A DNA stretch of 50,529 nucleotides, taken from assembly GCA_009918225.1 (NCBI GenBank), contig RGEP01000001.1, forward strand, positions 1-50,529, read 5' to 3'. Both the position numbers and the translations under genes were made by a program. The notes under the pieces are model-generated. The model was not told where the DNA came from. It made no database searches and saw only the letters and a program-made list of their open reading frames with translations. The DNA comes from Betaproteobacteria bacterium (GTDB lineage Bacteria; Pseudomonadota; Gammaproteobacteria; Burkholderiales; Burkholderiaceae_C). Position 1 is the first letter of the stretch; the number at the start of each line of letters is the position of its first letter. Below are positions 32,541 through 42,187 of this stretch, one piece after another.

Positions 32541-33991
32541 TGGGAGCGCAAACCAAGGGCACAGCGGCCAGCGGGCATTCGGCCCTGTTGCAGACCTTGG
32601 AGGCCATCACCGGGGAGGGCCATGTGCTCACCGGACCGGGCCTGCAGGCCTATGAGCAGGACTGGCGCCGCCGCTGGCACGGCCGTGCCCTGGCGGTGGT
32701 GCGCCCAGGCAATACCGATCAGGTGGCACAGGTGGTGCGGGCCTGCGCCGAACACGGCGTGTCCATCGTGCCGCAGGGTGGACACACCGGACTGGTGGGA
32801 GGCGGCACACCCGACGACAGCGGTACACAGGTGGTGATGTCGCTGCAGCGGTTGAACCGCGTCCGCGAGATCGATGCCGATAACCTGACCCTGACCGCTG
32901 AGGCGGGTTGCATTCTGCAGGCGGTGCAAGCCGCGGCGACCGACCGCGGTTTGCTGTTCCCCTTGAGCTTGGCCGCCGAAGGCAGTTGCACCATCGGCGG
33001 CAACCTGGCCACCAATGCGGGCGGCACCCAAGTGCTGCGCTACGGCAATGCGCGTGACCTGTGTCTGGGCCTGGAGGTGGTCACCGCCGAAGGTGAGGTG
33101 CTGCAAGGGCTCAGCGGCTTGCGCAAGGACAACACGGGCTACGACCTGCGCGACCTGTACATCGGCAGCGAAGGCACCTTGGGCATCATCACCGCAGCCA
33201 CCGTGAAACTGGTCCCGCAACCGGCGGCCACGATGACGGCCTTGGCCTGCTGCGCCAGGCCCGCCCAGGCGGTGGCCCTGCTGCGCCTGGCACGCGCCCG
33301 CCTGGGGGCCACCCTGACCGGCTTCGAGTTGATGAACGGTTTTTCGCGTGAACTGGTGGCGCGGCACCTGCCCCAGATTGCTCAACCGTTGTGGGCTGCT
33401 GGCCAAGCGCCGGCCTGGAGCGTGTTGCTGGAACAGTCTGATGATCAAGGCGCCCAGCAGGCCCAGCAGCGCCTGGAGAGCCTCTTGTCGCAAGCCTTGG
33501 AAGAGGGCCTGATCGATGATGCTGTGGTAGCCAAGAACCTCACTGAGTCGCGGGGGCTGTGGCACCTGCGCGAAGCCATCCCCCTGGCGCAGGCCGAGGA
33601 AGGCTTGAACATCAAGCATGACATTGCGCTGCCGGTCTCGCGCATCCCTGCATTCATTGCTCAAACCGATGCTGCGCTGGGCCAGGCCCACCCAGGTTGC
33701 CGCTTGGTGAACTTCGGCCACCTTGGGGACGGCAACCTGCATTACAACGTTCAGGCACCGGCCACGGTGGCTGCAGCCGACTTTTTGGCCCAGCACGAGT
33801 CGGCCATCAACACCCTCGTCTACGACGCCGTGCAGCGGCATCAGGGCTCGATCTCGGCCGAGCACGGCATCGGACGGCTCAAGCGCGAGGAACTGGTGCT
33901 GCGCAAGGACCCGGTCTCGCTGGCCCTGATGAAGCGGCTGAAAGCTGCCCTGGACCCCCGGGGCACCTTGAACCCCGGCCGCGTGGTCTAA
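32540..33991 (+). CDS. FAD-linked oxidase (GlcD / D-2-hydroxyacid dehydrogenase family)
   Basis: FAD_binding_4-type N-terminus VVRPGNTDQVAQVVRACAEHGVSIVPQGGHTGLVGG, and C-terminal ISAEHGIG...K and LDPRGTLNPG motifs. Confidence 0.85.
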   Translation: MGAQTKGTAASGHSALLQTLEAITGEGHVLTGPGLQAYEQDWRRRWHGRALAVVRPGNTDQVAQVVRACAEHGVSIVPQGGHTGLVGGGTPDDSGTQVVMSLQRLNRVREIDADNLTLTAEAGCILQAVQAAATDRGLLFPLSLAAEGSCTIGGNLATNAGGTQVLRYGNARDLCLGLEVVTAEGEVLQGLSGLRKDNTGYDLRDLYIGSEGTLGIITAATVKLVPQPAATMTALACCARPAQAVALLRLARARLGATLTGFELMNGFSRELVARHLPQIAQPLWAAGQAPAWSVLLEQSDDQGAQQAQQRLESLLSQALEEGLIDDAVVAKNLTESRGLWHLREAIPLAQAEEGLNIKHDIALPVSRIPAFIAQTDAALGQAHPGCRLVNFGHLGDGNLHYNVQAPATVAAADFLAQHESAINTLVYDAVQRHQGSISAEHGIGRLKREELVLRKDPVSLALMKRLKAALDPRGTLNPGRVV

Positions 33992-34010
33992 CGCTGCTGC
34001 GCTGCAAGCC

Positions 34011-34532
34011 TTACTGCAGCGGACCGCCCAAGCCTTTGGGCATGGGCAGCGGCACCACATCGATGCCTTCGTCGAGCAAGGACTCCCGCTCCTGGGCCGT
34101 GGTCTGGCCCCGGATGCCGCGCTCGGGTGATTCACCGTAGTGGATGCGCCTGGCCTCCTCGGCGAAACGCCCGCCCACATCTTCGGTGTTCTCGATCACG
34201 TGCCGCACCGCTTTCAGCCACGCTTTATGCATAAGCGCCATGGTGGCTTCGGCCTCCGGGGATGGAGGCCGTGGTGCCGGCGCGCCAGCCTGTGCAGGCA
34301 CTGCTGGGTCCTCAAGGCCGGGCTCCGTGCCCGGCTCGAAGGCTGGGCCTGGCCGCCCCGCGCTGCGTCCCAGGTTGAGGCGCGGCGCACTCAAGCGCTT
34401 GTTGATGTCCCGCGAAGCACAGAAGGGGCACTCCAGCAGTCCGCCTTGCTTTTGCTGGGCGTAGTCGTCCTCAGATCCGAACCAACCTTCAAAGGCATGG
34501 CCGGCCTCACAGCCCAGGTTGAAGACTTTCAT
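34011..34532 (-). CDS. DUF1178-like protein with an N-terminal zinc-ribbon-like Cys/His cluster
   Basis: MKVFNLGCEAGHAFEGWF...LLECPFCAS, then a Pro/Ala-rich linker and a conserved-looking C-terminus (FAEEARRIHYGE...RGIRG). ATG at 34532, with an alternative at 34541. There is no functional assignment. Confidence 0.68.
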   Translation of the reverse strand: MKVFNLGCEAGHAFEGWFGSEDDYAQQKQGGLLECPFCASRDINKRLSAPRLNLGRSAGRPGPAFEPGTEPGLEDPAVPAQAGAPAPRPPSPEAEATMALMHKAWLKAVRHVIENTEDVGGRFAEEARRIHYGESPERGIRGQTTAQERESLLDEGIDVVPLPMPKGLGGPLQ

Positions 34533-34548
34533 TGAGCACATGATAGGT

Positions 34549-35196
34549 TCAGGCGCTCGGGTGTGCAGCCAGCAGGGTCGAATCGGCTTGCGGCAGGCCC
34601 AATTCGGCGCACCAGTCCAGCACGCTTTGCCACCGAGGCTGCCAACGGCCGGCCGCCCAGTGCTCGAGCCACAGCAGTCCAATTTGGGTCTTGGCATCGC
34701 TCAACTCGCCACGGGCCGCCAGCGCCTGCAGCGCCTGCAGTTCCACTTCGCACAGGTCCAACAACTCGTCCGGGTCCAGCCGCGCCTGGCCGGCCAACAA
34801 GCCACGGGCAAACCAGACCTCAATGAACTCATCCGAGTAGGCGGCCGCGTTGTGCAGCCGCCCAGCCGGTGCCCATTCCTGGGCACGGTAACCGGTCTCT
34901 TCAAACAGCTCGCGCATGCCCGTAAACAGGGTGGGCTCATCCCCGTCGCGCTTGCCGGCTGGGAACTCCAACAAGACCTGCTGCAAGGGATAGCGGTACT
35001 GGCGTTCCATGACCAAACGGTCGCGGCCCAACAGCGGCACCACCATCACCGCGCCCGGATGCCGGATGTACTCGCGCTCGACGACGGCCCCCGTCGACAA
35101 CCGCGCACGGTCGCGAAAAACCTGCAAAAACGAGCCGTGCAACACCTGTTCAGATGCGACAGGCACCTCTTGCAGCCGCTGGTCTTCAGGGCTCAT
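34549..35196 (-). CDS. Nudix hydrolase (ADP-ribose / nucleoside-diphosphate-sugar pyrophosphatase-like)
   Basis: Perfect Nudix box GKRDGDEPTLFTGMRELFEETGY (GX5EX7REUXEEXGU) encoded at 34888-34956. The ATG at 35196 overlaps the upstream DUF2818 gene by 11 nt. Confidence 0.85.
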   Translation of the reverse strand: MSPEDQRLQEVPVASEQVLHGSFLQVFRDRARLSTGAVVEREYIRHPGAVMVVPLLGRDRLVMERQYRYPLQQVLLEFPAGKRDGDEPTLFTGMRELFEETGYRAQEWAPAGRLHNAAAYSDEFIEVWFARGLLAGQARLDPDELLDLCEVELQALQALAARGELSDAKTQIGLLWLEHWAAGRWQPRWQSVLDWCAELGLPQADSTLLAAHPSA

Positions 35197-35512
35197 CCAC
35201 GGCTCGGTCGGACACGCGTCTGCGCCGCAGGTAGCGCCACACGAAACCCGGGAAGGCAAAGGTCAAGAACAAGCTGCCCATGGCCACATAAAAAGCCCAG
35301 CCCTGGACGTGGCGCTGACCGATGCTGCCTTCGAGCGCAAAACCCGCCAGGATGCACAGGCCTGCGCCCGTGAGCAGTTCCACCAAGCGCCACCCCAGGT
35401 GTTTGGGCGCCCGCAAGGGGCCTACCAGGAACAGGCGCTCGTTGACAAAAGGGAGATTGGCCAAAAGCAGCCCCAGGGCCAGGACCAACCAGACTTCGTA
35501 CCGGATGTCCAT
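35186..35512 (-). CDS. Small membrane protein (DUF2818-like)
   Basis: 108 aa with three hydrophobic segments and a basic tail (WRYLRRRRV). It lies immediately downstream of nuoN on the same strand. The family name is from memory. Confidence 0.62.
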   Translation of the reverse strand: MDIRYEVWLVLALGLLLANLPFVNERLFLVGPLRAPKHLGWRLVELLTGAGLCILAGFALEGSIGQRHVQGWAFYVAMGSLFLTFAFPGFVWRYLRRRRVSDRAVDEP

Positions 35513-35590
35513 CAGCGTCCCACAGACAGCCGCCTGGCCGTCAGAGGCATGGACACGCGCAGCACTTGTGCACAGGTCATCGGATGCACT

Positions 35591-37072
35591 TCAAGTGGCC
35601 AGGGCGCGAATCACCGCGTCACGGCACACCGCCATCAGACCGCCGGGCAGGAGCCCCAGTACCAACACGGCCGCTCCGTTGGCCATGAGCAAGAGCCCAG
35701 CGCCGCCCTGATCGGACACCACGGGCCCCTGCACCGGTTCGTCGAACACCATCACCTTGACCACGCGCAGGTAGTAGAAGGCTGCCACCAGGCTCAACAA
35801 CACCGCCACCACCGCCAGGGCGATGTAGGCGCTCTGCCCAGTGGTCACCAGGGTCTGGAGCACCGCCAACTTGGCATAGAAGCCCATGGTCGGCGGAATG
35901 CCCGCCAGCGAAAACATGAACACCGTCATGACCGCCGCCATCCAGGGCTTGCGCCGCGCCAAGCCAGCCAGATCGTTGACTTCCTCGCTCTCAAATCCAT
36001 CCCGCGCCAACAGCATCACCAAGCCGAAGCTGCCCAAGGTGGTCAGGACATAGGTCACCATGTAGAACATGGCCGAGCTGTAGGCATTGCCCGCCGACAC
36101 GGTGTCACCGCCGATGACCCCTGAGCCCAGGGCCAGGAGCATGAAGCCCATCTGCGCGATGGCCGAGTAAGCCAGCATGCGCTTGAGGTTGGTCTGCGCG
36201 ATAGCCGCCAGGTTGCCCACCACCAGGGACACCACAGCCATGAAGAGCAGCATCTGTTGCCAGTCCACCGCCACCTTCAGCAAGCCCTCCACCAACAGGC
36301 GGATGGTGATGGCGAAGGCGGCCAGCTTGGGCGCACTGGCGATCAGCAAGGTGACCGCCGTGGGCGAGCCCTGGTACACATCGGGCACCCACATGTGGAA
36401 GGGCGCCACGCCAAGCTTGAAGCCCAAGCCGGCGACGATGAATACCACGCCAAAGACCAGCACTTGCCCGTTGACCCGGCCCTGAGCGATGACCTCGAAG
36501 ACCTTCGGGATCTCCAAAGTGCCGGTGGCCCCGTACATCATCGACAAGCCGTACAGCAAGAACCCGCTGGCCAGCGCACCCAGGACAAAGTATTTCATGG
36601 CGGCCTCCGTTGCCGTGGCATCGTCACGGCGAAGCGCCACCAGGGCATACAGGGACAAGCTCATGATTTCCAGGCCCAGGTACACCACCAGGAAATCATT
36701 GGCCGACAGCATCACGTGGATGCCCAACAGAGACAGAAGGGCCAGCACGTAGAACTCACCCTTGCGCATGTCGCGGCTGGCGATGTAGGGCTGTGCATAG
36801 ACCAAGGTGATCATCATGGCCAAAGTGGCCATGACGCCCAAAAGACGGCCCATGGGATCCATCACCACCATGTTGCCCAAGGCATAAACGGTCAATCCCG
36901 CATCAAACTGTTGGTAGTGCAGGATGGCCGTGATCGCCAGCACCGCTTGGCTCATCCAGTGGGTGTAATGGCGGCGTTCATCGGCCACAAAGAGATCCAC
37001 CAAGGCGATCACGCAGGCGGCCAGCAGCAGGAAGATCTCGGGGGTCAGGGCCGCCCAATTCAACAAGGTCAT
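35591..37072 (-). CDS. nuoN: NADH-quinone oxidoreductase subunit N
   Basis: Antiporter-like multi-pass subunit and the last gene of the nuo operon. ATG at 37072 (MTLLNW...) has GGAGA about 9 nt upstream. The alternative ATG at 37087 lies only 4 nt after the nuoM stop. Confidence 0.9.
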   Translation of the reverse strand: MTLLNWAALTPEIFLLLAACVIALVDLFVADERRHYTHWMSQAVLAITAILHYQQFDAGLTVYALGNMVVMDPMGRLLGVMATLAMMITLVYAQPYIASRDMRKGEFYVLALLSLLGIHVMLSANDFLVVYLGLEIMSLSLYALVALRRDDATATEAAMKYFVLGALASGFLLYGLSMMYGATGTLEIPKVFEVIAQGRVNGQVLVFGVVFIVAGLGFKLGVAPFHMWVPDVYQGSPTAVTLLIASAPKLAAFAITIRLLVEGLLKVAVDWQQMLLFMAVVSLVVGNLAAIAQTNLKRMLAYSAIAQMGFMLLALGSGVIGGDTVSAGNAYSSAMFYMVTYVLTTLGSFGLVMLLARDGFESEEVNDLAGLARRKPWMAAVMTVFMFSLAGIPPTMGFYAKLAVLQTLVTTGQSAYIALAVVAVLLSLVAAFYYLRVVKVMVFDEPVQGPVVSDQGGAGLLLMANGAAVLVLGLLPGGLMAVCRDAVIRALAT

Positions 37073-37091
37073 GCTCGTGGTCTCCATGGGC

Positions 37092-38570
37092 TCAGGCCGG
37101 CAGCTTAGACAACGCCACGTGGCGCAGGAGTTCGGTGATGGAGGTCTGCATCACATCGGTGAAAGGCTTGGGATACAAGCCCATCCACAACACCGCCAAG
37201 GCCAGCAGTGCCAACATGAAGAACTCGCGATCGTTGAGGTCGGTGAGCTCGCGCACCTGCTCGTTGGCGATGTCGCCGAAGTACACGCGCTTGACCATCC
37301 ACAGGGTATAGGCCGCCCCGAACACCAAGGTGGTCGAAGCCAGGCCGGCGATCCAGAAGTCGTATTGAACTGCGCCCAGGATCACCATCCACTCGCCCAC
37401 GAAGCCACCCGTGCCGGGCAGTCCACAGTTGGCCATGGCGAAGAACACCGCAAAGGCCGCGAACTTGGGCATGGTGTTCACCACGCCCCCGTAGGAGGCG
37501 ATTTCGCGCGAATGCACCCGGTCGTACAGCACCCCAATGCACAGGAACATCGCGCCCGAGACGAAGCCATGGCTGATCATCTGAACGATGGCGCCACCCA
37601 CCCCCAAGTCGCTGAAGATGAAGAAGCCCAGCGTCACAAAGCCCATATGGGCAATCGAGGAATACGCCACCAGCTTCTTCATGTCCTGCTGAACCAGGGC
37701 CACCAAGCCGATGTAGACCACAGCAATCAGGCTCAGGGTGATCATGAGCCAGTCGAATTCGCGCGCAGCATCCGGCGCAATCGGCATGGAAAAGCGCAGG
37801 AAGCCGTAGGCACCCAGCTTGAGCATGATGGCCGCCAACACCACAGAGCCCCCCGTGGGGGCCTCAACGTGGGCGTCCGGCAGCCAGGTGTGCACCGGCC
37901 ACATCGGCACCTTCACGGAAAACGCTGCGAAGAAGGCAAAGAACAGCAGGGTCTGCGCCGTCATCGGCAGGGGCAACTGGTGCCAAGCCTGGATGTCGAA
38001 GCTTCCGCCGGACTGCAGGTACAGGTACAGCAGGGCCACCAGCATCAGCAGGGAACCCAGCAGCGTGTAGAGGAAAAACTTGAAGGCTGCGTACACCCGG
38101 CGTGGCCCACCCCACACACCGATGATGATGTACATCGGGATCAGCGTGGCTTCGAAGAAGATGTAGAAGAGCAAGCCATCCAAGGCACTGAATACGCCGA
38201 CCATGAGGCCTGACAGGATCAGAAATGCGCCCATGTACAGGGCCACGCGGTCTTCAATCACCTCCCAAGCGGCGATCACCACCACGATGGTGATGAAGGC
38301 CGTCAGCAGAATGAACCACACCGATAGGCCGTCCACGCCCAGGTGGTAGCGCACATTGAAGCGGTCGATCCACGGCAGGTTCTCCACGAACTGCATGCCG
38401 GTGGCCGCCACATCAAAACCAGTGACCAGGGGAATGGTGACCAGGAAAGACAGCACGGCTGCGGCCAAGGCCAGCCACCGCACCACGCCGGCATGTTCAT
38501 CACGCCCCACCACCAAGAGCAGGCTGCCCAGCACGATGGGCAGCCAGATGGCAACACTCAACAATCCCAT
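37092..38570 (-). CDS. nuoM: NADH-quinone oxidoreductase subunit M
   Basis: 492-aa antiporter-like subunit (..WLPDAHVEAPTGGSVVLAAIMLKLG..). Confidence 0.93.
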   Translation of the reverse strand: MGLLSVAIWLPIVLGSLLLVVGRDEHAGVVRWLALAAAVLSFLVTIPLVTGFDVAATGMQFVENLPWIDRFNVRYHLGVDGLSVWFILLTAFITIVVVIAAWEVIEDRVALYMGAFLILSGLMVGVFSALDGLLFYIFFEATLIPMYIIIGVWGGPRRVYAAFKFFLYTLLGSLLMLVALLYLYLQSGGSFDIQAWHQLPLPMTAQTLLFFAFFAAFSVKVPMWPVHTWLPDAHVEAPTGGSVVLAAIMLKLGAYGFLRFSMPIAPDAAREFDWLMITLSLIAVVYIGLVALVQQDMKKLVAYSSIAHMGFVTLGFFIFSDLGVGGAIVQMISHGFVSGAMFLCIGVLYDRVHSREIASYGGVVNTMPKFAAFAVFFAMANCGLPGTGGFVGEWMVILGAVQYDFWIAGLASTTLVFGAAYTLWMVKRVYFGDIANEQVRELTDLNDREFFMLALLALAVLWMGLYPKPFTDVMQTSITELLRHVALSKLPA

Positions 38571-38618
38571 TTTCGAGTTCTCCGCCTCTTCCGCACGACC
38601 AAGGTCTGACCCTGGTGA

Positions 38619-40643
38619 TCAATGGCCGAAGAGGCCGGTGAGATGCGGCCACAGCCGCCAGGTCAAGAAGCCGAACACGCCCAAGAGCATGACCAGCGCG
38701 TACCAATACAAGTGCCCGGTCTGCACCAGGCGGCTCAGGCCTGCCAAAGCACCCACTGCCCGTGCCGAACCATTCACGATCATCCCGTCGATCACCGCGG
38801 TATCACCGCCCTTCCACAGGCCGGTGCCCAGGGCTCGCGAACCCGCTGCCAACACCTTTTCATTGAAGGCGTCCAAGTAGTACTTGTTCTCCAACACCTT
38901 CACCAGGGGCGCCAAGGCTCGGCCGATGGCCGCCGGGATGGCCGGTTGCTTGAGGTAGAACCACCAGGCCACCACCACACCCGACAGGGCCAGCCAGAAG
39001 GGCAGTGTCTGAAGACCGTGCACCGCCATGGCCACGGCACCGTGATACTCACCGGCCAGGTGCGCCATGGCGGGGTGGCGCGCCTCGTCCACCAGGATCG
39101 CGTCCTTGAGGAATTCACCGAAGAGCATGGGCTCGATGGTCATGTAGCCGATCAGCACCGAGGGCACCGCCAACAGCACCAAGGGCGCTGTCACCACCCA
39201 GGGGGACTCGTGGGGCGTATGGTCCTCGGCGTGGTCATCGTGGTGATGGTCGTGCTCACCGGGGAAGGGCTTGTGGTGGAACCGCTCTTCACCGTGGAAG
39301 ACCAGGAAATACATGCGGAAGCTGTAGAAGGCCGTCACGAAGACGCCTGCAACCACGGCAAAAATGGCGAAGGGCGTACCGGGCAACTGGCTGGCCTCCA
39401 CCGCCATGATGATGCTGTCCTTGGAATAGAAACCGGCGAACAGCGGGGTGCCGATCAGGGCCAAGGACCCCAGCAGCGAGGTGATCCACGTGATGGGCAT
39501 GTGCTTGCGCAAGCCGCCCATGTTGCGGATGTCCTGGTCATGGTGCATGCCGATGATGACCGAGCCGGCTGCCAGGAACAGCAGGGCTTTGAAGAAGGCG
39601 TGCGTCATCAGGTGGAACACCGCCACCGAATAGGCCGACGCGCCCAAGGCCACCGTCATGTAGCCCAGCTGCGACAGTGTGGAGTAGGCCACCACCCGCT
39701 TGATGTCGTTCTGGATGATGCCCAGGAAGCCCATGAACAGGGCCGTGATGGCCCCGATCACCATCACAAAGTTCAGCGCGGTGTCGGACAACTCGAACAG
39801 GGGCGACATGCGCGCCACCATGAAGATGCCGGCCGTGACCATGGTGGCCGCGTGAATCAGGGCGGAAATGGGGGTTGGGCCTTCCATGGAATCGGGCAGC
39901 CACACGTGCAGCGGGAACTGCGCACTCTTGCCCATGGCGCCTATGAACAGGCAGATGCAGGCCACGGTGATGAGCATCCAATCGGTGCCCGGGAAACTCA
40001 TCTTCGCCAATTCGTCGGCCTTCGCGAACGCCTCGGTGTAGTTCAAGGTGCCCGCGAAAGCCACCACCAAGCCGATACCCAGGATGAAGCCAAAGTCACC
40101 CACCCGGTTGACCAGGAAGGCCTTCATATTGGCGAAGATTGCTGTGGGTTTCTTGAACCAGAAGCCGATCAACAGGTACGACACCAGGCCCACCGCCTCC
40201 CAGCCGAAGAAGAGCTGCAGAAAGTTGTTGCTCATCACGAGCATCAACATGGAGAAGGTAAACAAGGAGATGTAGCTGAAGAAGCGCTGGTAGCCCGGGT
40301 CATCCTCCATGTAGCCGATGGTGTACAGGTGCACCATCAGCGACACGAAGGTCACGACGCACATCATCATGGCGGTGAGGCCGTCGACCATGAAGCCGAC
40401 CTCCATCTTCAAGCCACCGATCACCATCCATTCATAAATCGTTTGGTTGAAGCGCGCGCCGTCAAGCGCCACGCTCTTGAGCACCATCGCCGACAAGATG
40501 AAGCTGATGAGCACGCCCAGAATGGTGAAGAAGTGCGACCCACGGCGCCCCACGTAGCGGCCAAAGAAGCCCGCGATGATGGCCCCGGCCAAGGGGGCCA
40601 GGGGAACGGCCAAGAGGGTGCTGGAGGAAAGTTCTGCGGCCAT
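38619..40643 (-). CDS. nuoL: NADH-quinone oxidoreductase subunit L
   Basis: 674-aa antiporter-like subunit (..HVWLPDSMEGPTPISALIHAATMVTAG..) with the long C-terminal lateral-helix region. Confidence 0.93.
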   Translation of the reverse strand: MAAELSSSTLLAVPLAPLAGAIIAGFFGRYVGRRGSHFFTILGVLISFILSAMVLKSVALDGARFNQTIYEWMVIGGLKMEVGFMVDGLTAMMMCVVTFVSLMVHLYTIGYMEDDPGYQRFFSYISLFTFSMLMLVMSNNFLQLFFGWEAVGLVSYLLIGFWFKKPTAIFANMKAFLVNRVGDFGFILGIGLVVAFAGTLNYTEAFAKADELAKMSFPGTDWMLITVACICLFIGAMGKSAQFPLHVWLPDSMEGPTPISALIHAATMVTAGIFMVARMSPLFELSDTALNFVMVIGAITALFMGFLGIIQNDIKRVVAYSTLSQLGYMTVALGASAYSVAVFHLMTHAFFKALLFLAAGSVIIGMHHDQDIRNMGGLRKHMPITWITSLLGSLALIGTPLFAGFYSKDSIIMAVEASQLPGTPFAIFAVVAGVFVTAFYSFRMYFLVFHGEERFHHKPFPGEHDHHHDDHAEDHTPHESPWVVTAPLVLLAVPSVLIGYMTIEPMLFGEFLKDAILVDEARHPAMAHLAGEYHGAVAMAVHGLQTLPFWLALSGVVVAWWFYLKQPAIPAAIGRALAPLVKVLENKYYLDAFNEKVLAAGSRALGTGLWKGGDTAVIDGMIVNGSARAVGALAGLSRLVQTGHLYWYALVMLLGVFGFLTWRLWPHLTGLFGH

Positions 40644-40648
40644 AACGG

Positions 40649-40963
40649 TCAGCCCTTGAGGGTGTCGAGTTCCTCGACATTGATCGAGGCCCGGTTGCGG
40701 AAGAGCACCACCAGGATGGCCAATCCGATGGCCGATTCGGCCGCTGCCACGGTGAGGATGAAGAACACGAAGATCTGGCCGGCCATGTCACCCAAATAGT
40801 GGGAGAAGGCCACGAAGTTCAGGTTCACCGCCAAGAGCATGAGCTCGATGGCCATGAGCAGCACGATGAGGTTGCGCCGGTTCAAAAAGATGCCGATCAC
40901 CGACAGCGCAAACAAGATGGCGCCCAGCGAAAGGTAGTGTCCCAGTGTGATGGAAGCCATCAT
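40649..40963 (-). CDS. nuoK: NADH-quinone oxidoreductase subunit K
   Basis: 104 aa with 3 TM segments ([28 protein letters not shown]). ATGA overlap with the nuoJ stop. Confidence 0.93.
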   Translation of the reverse strand: MMASITLGHYLSLGAILFALSVIGIFLNRRNLIVLLMAIELMLLAVNLNFVAFSHYLGDMAGQIFVFFILTVAAAESAIGLAILVVLFRNRASINVEELDTLKG

Positions 40964-41661
40964 GCAGCTCCTTTGGGCGCAGCGCCCGCAGTACCGGCCC
41001 CTGGTGCGGGAGCCGCGCCTGGCGCGTGCTCAGCGGGCTGTTCAGCAGATGCGGCGGCCGGCTGCTCCACCTCCGGGGCCATGGAGACGATCCGTACCCG
41101 GTCAGCACGCTTGACGCGCACCTGTTGGCCGGGGTCCATCGCCCGCACATCCTTGCGCTTGCGCAGCGTCAGGGCCAAGGCGGCCACCATGGCCACCAGC
41201 AGCAAGACCGCCGCCAACTGCAGGGGATACAGGTAATGCGTGTAGAGCTCGATGCCCAGAAGACGCGTGTTGCCAAACTCGGCCAGGCGGGGGTCTGCCG
41301 CAGCGGCCTGCGAGACCCTGAATCCGCTCATCAGCACCAGGGCCATCTCCACCGCGATGACCGCGCCGATCAGGCCTGCCAGCGGCAGGTGCTGCCAGAA
41401 GTTCTGGCGGAATTGGTCGGTGTTGATGTCCAGCATCATCACCACGAACAGGAAGAGCACCATCACGGCACCCACGTACACGAGCACCAGGGTGATGGCC
41501 AGAAACTCCGCTTGCAAGAGCATCCAGACGCACGATGCGCTGAAGAATGCGAGCACCAGGAACAGGGCAGCATGCACGGTGCTGCGGGCGGTGATCACGC
41601 GGAACGCTGCCAACAGCAGCACCGCGGAGAACACATAGAACAGGGCGGCTTGGTTGTCCAT
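40960..41661 (-). CDS. nuoJ: NADH-quinone oxidoreductase subunit J
   Basis: The membrane core is followed by a roughly 50-aa Ala/Pro/Gly-rich low-complexity C-terminal tail. It sits in the nuoI-nuoJ-nuoK position. Confidence 0.9.
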   Translation of the reverse strand: MDNQAALFYVFSAVLLLAAFRVITARSTVHAALFLVLAFFSASCVWMLLQAEFLAITLVLVYVGAVMVLFLFVVMMLDINTDQFRQNFWQHLPLAGLIGAVIAVEMALVLMSGFRVSQAAAADPRLAEFGNTRLLGIELYTHYLYPLQLAAVLLLVAMVAALALTLRKRKDVRAMDPGQQVRVKRADRVRIVSMAPEVEQPAAASAEQPAEHAPGAAPAPGAGTAGAAPKGAA

Positions 41662-41685
41662 GATCGTGAAGGCGAGGTCACCGCG

Positions 41686-42174
41686 TCAGCGGTACTTCGC
41701 GTCGGCCTCCTTGTTCGCAGCGATTTCTTGCTCATAGCGATCGCCGACCGCCAAGAGCATGTCCTTGGTGAAGTACAGGTCGCCGCGCTTTTCGCCGTGG
41801 TACTCAAAGATGTGGGTTTCAACGATCGAGTCGACCGGGCAGCTCTCTTCGCAAAAACCACAGAAGATGCACTTGGTCAGGTCAATGTCGTATCGCTTGG
41901 TTCGGCGCGAGCCGTCCTCACGCACATCGCTTTCAATCGTGATGGCCATGGCTGGGCACACCGCTTCACACAGCTTGCATGCGATGCACCGCTCTTCGCC
42001 GTTTTCGTAACGGCGCAAGGCGTGCAGACCGCGGAAGCGCGGCGACAAGGGCGTCTTCTCCTCGGGGAACTGCACCGTGACCTTGCGCTTGAAAAAGTGG
42101 CGGCCCGTGACCTTGAGCCCCTTGAGGAGCTCCAGGAGCATGAAGCTCTGAACAAAATCCTTGACGGCAGACAT
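41686..42174 (-). CDS. nuoI: NADH-quinone oxidoreductase subunit I
   Basis: Two 4Fe-4S ferredoxin motifs, [12 protein letters not shown] and [12 protein letters not shown]. Confidence 0.95.
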   Translation of the reverse strand: MSAVKDFVQSFMLLELLKGLKVTGRHFFKRKVTVQFPEEKTPLSPRFRGLHALRRYENGEERCIACKLCEAVCPAMAITIESDVREDGSRRTKRYDIDLTKCIFCGFCEESCPVDSIVETHIFEYHGEKRGDLYFTKDMLLAVGDRYEQEIAANKEADAKYR

Positions 42175-42187
42175 CAGAGGGCCTCTT

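Noticed and set aside
33992-34020. A 6-bp stem gctgca/tgcagc (34001-34006 and 34015-34020) between the convergent FAD-oxidase and DUF1178-like genes.
   Set aside because: The stem is short, has no U-tract and partly overlaps the DUF1178-like stop codon. It is too weak to report as a terminator.
38622-40799. A 725-aa ORF antisense to nuoL. Similar very long antisense ORFs lie opposite ppsA (5462-6913), bamA (14288-15892), frr/pyrH (20801-22255), yihY (30948-32120) and the FAD oxidase (32411-34180).
   Set aside because: Each is in the codon-aligned antisense frame of a well-supported gene: the offsets from the sense CDS boundaries are multiples of 3. In that frame, antisense stop codons correspond to sense TTA, CTA and TCA codons, which a high-GC3 genome almost never uses, so long open antisense frames are expected. 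Their translations are low-information (His/Gly/Gln/Arg/Asp-rich) with no recognisable motifs.
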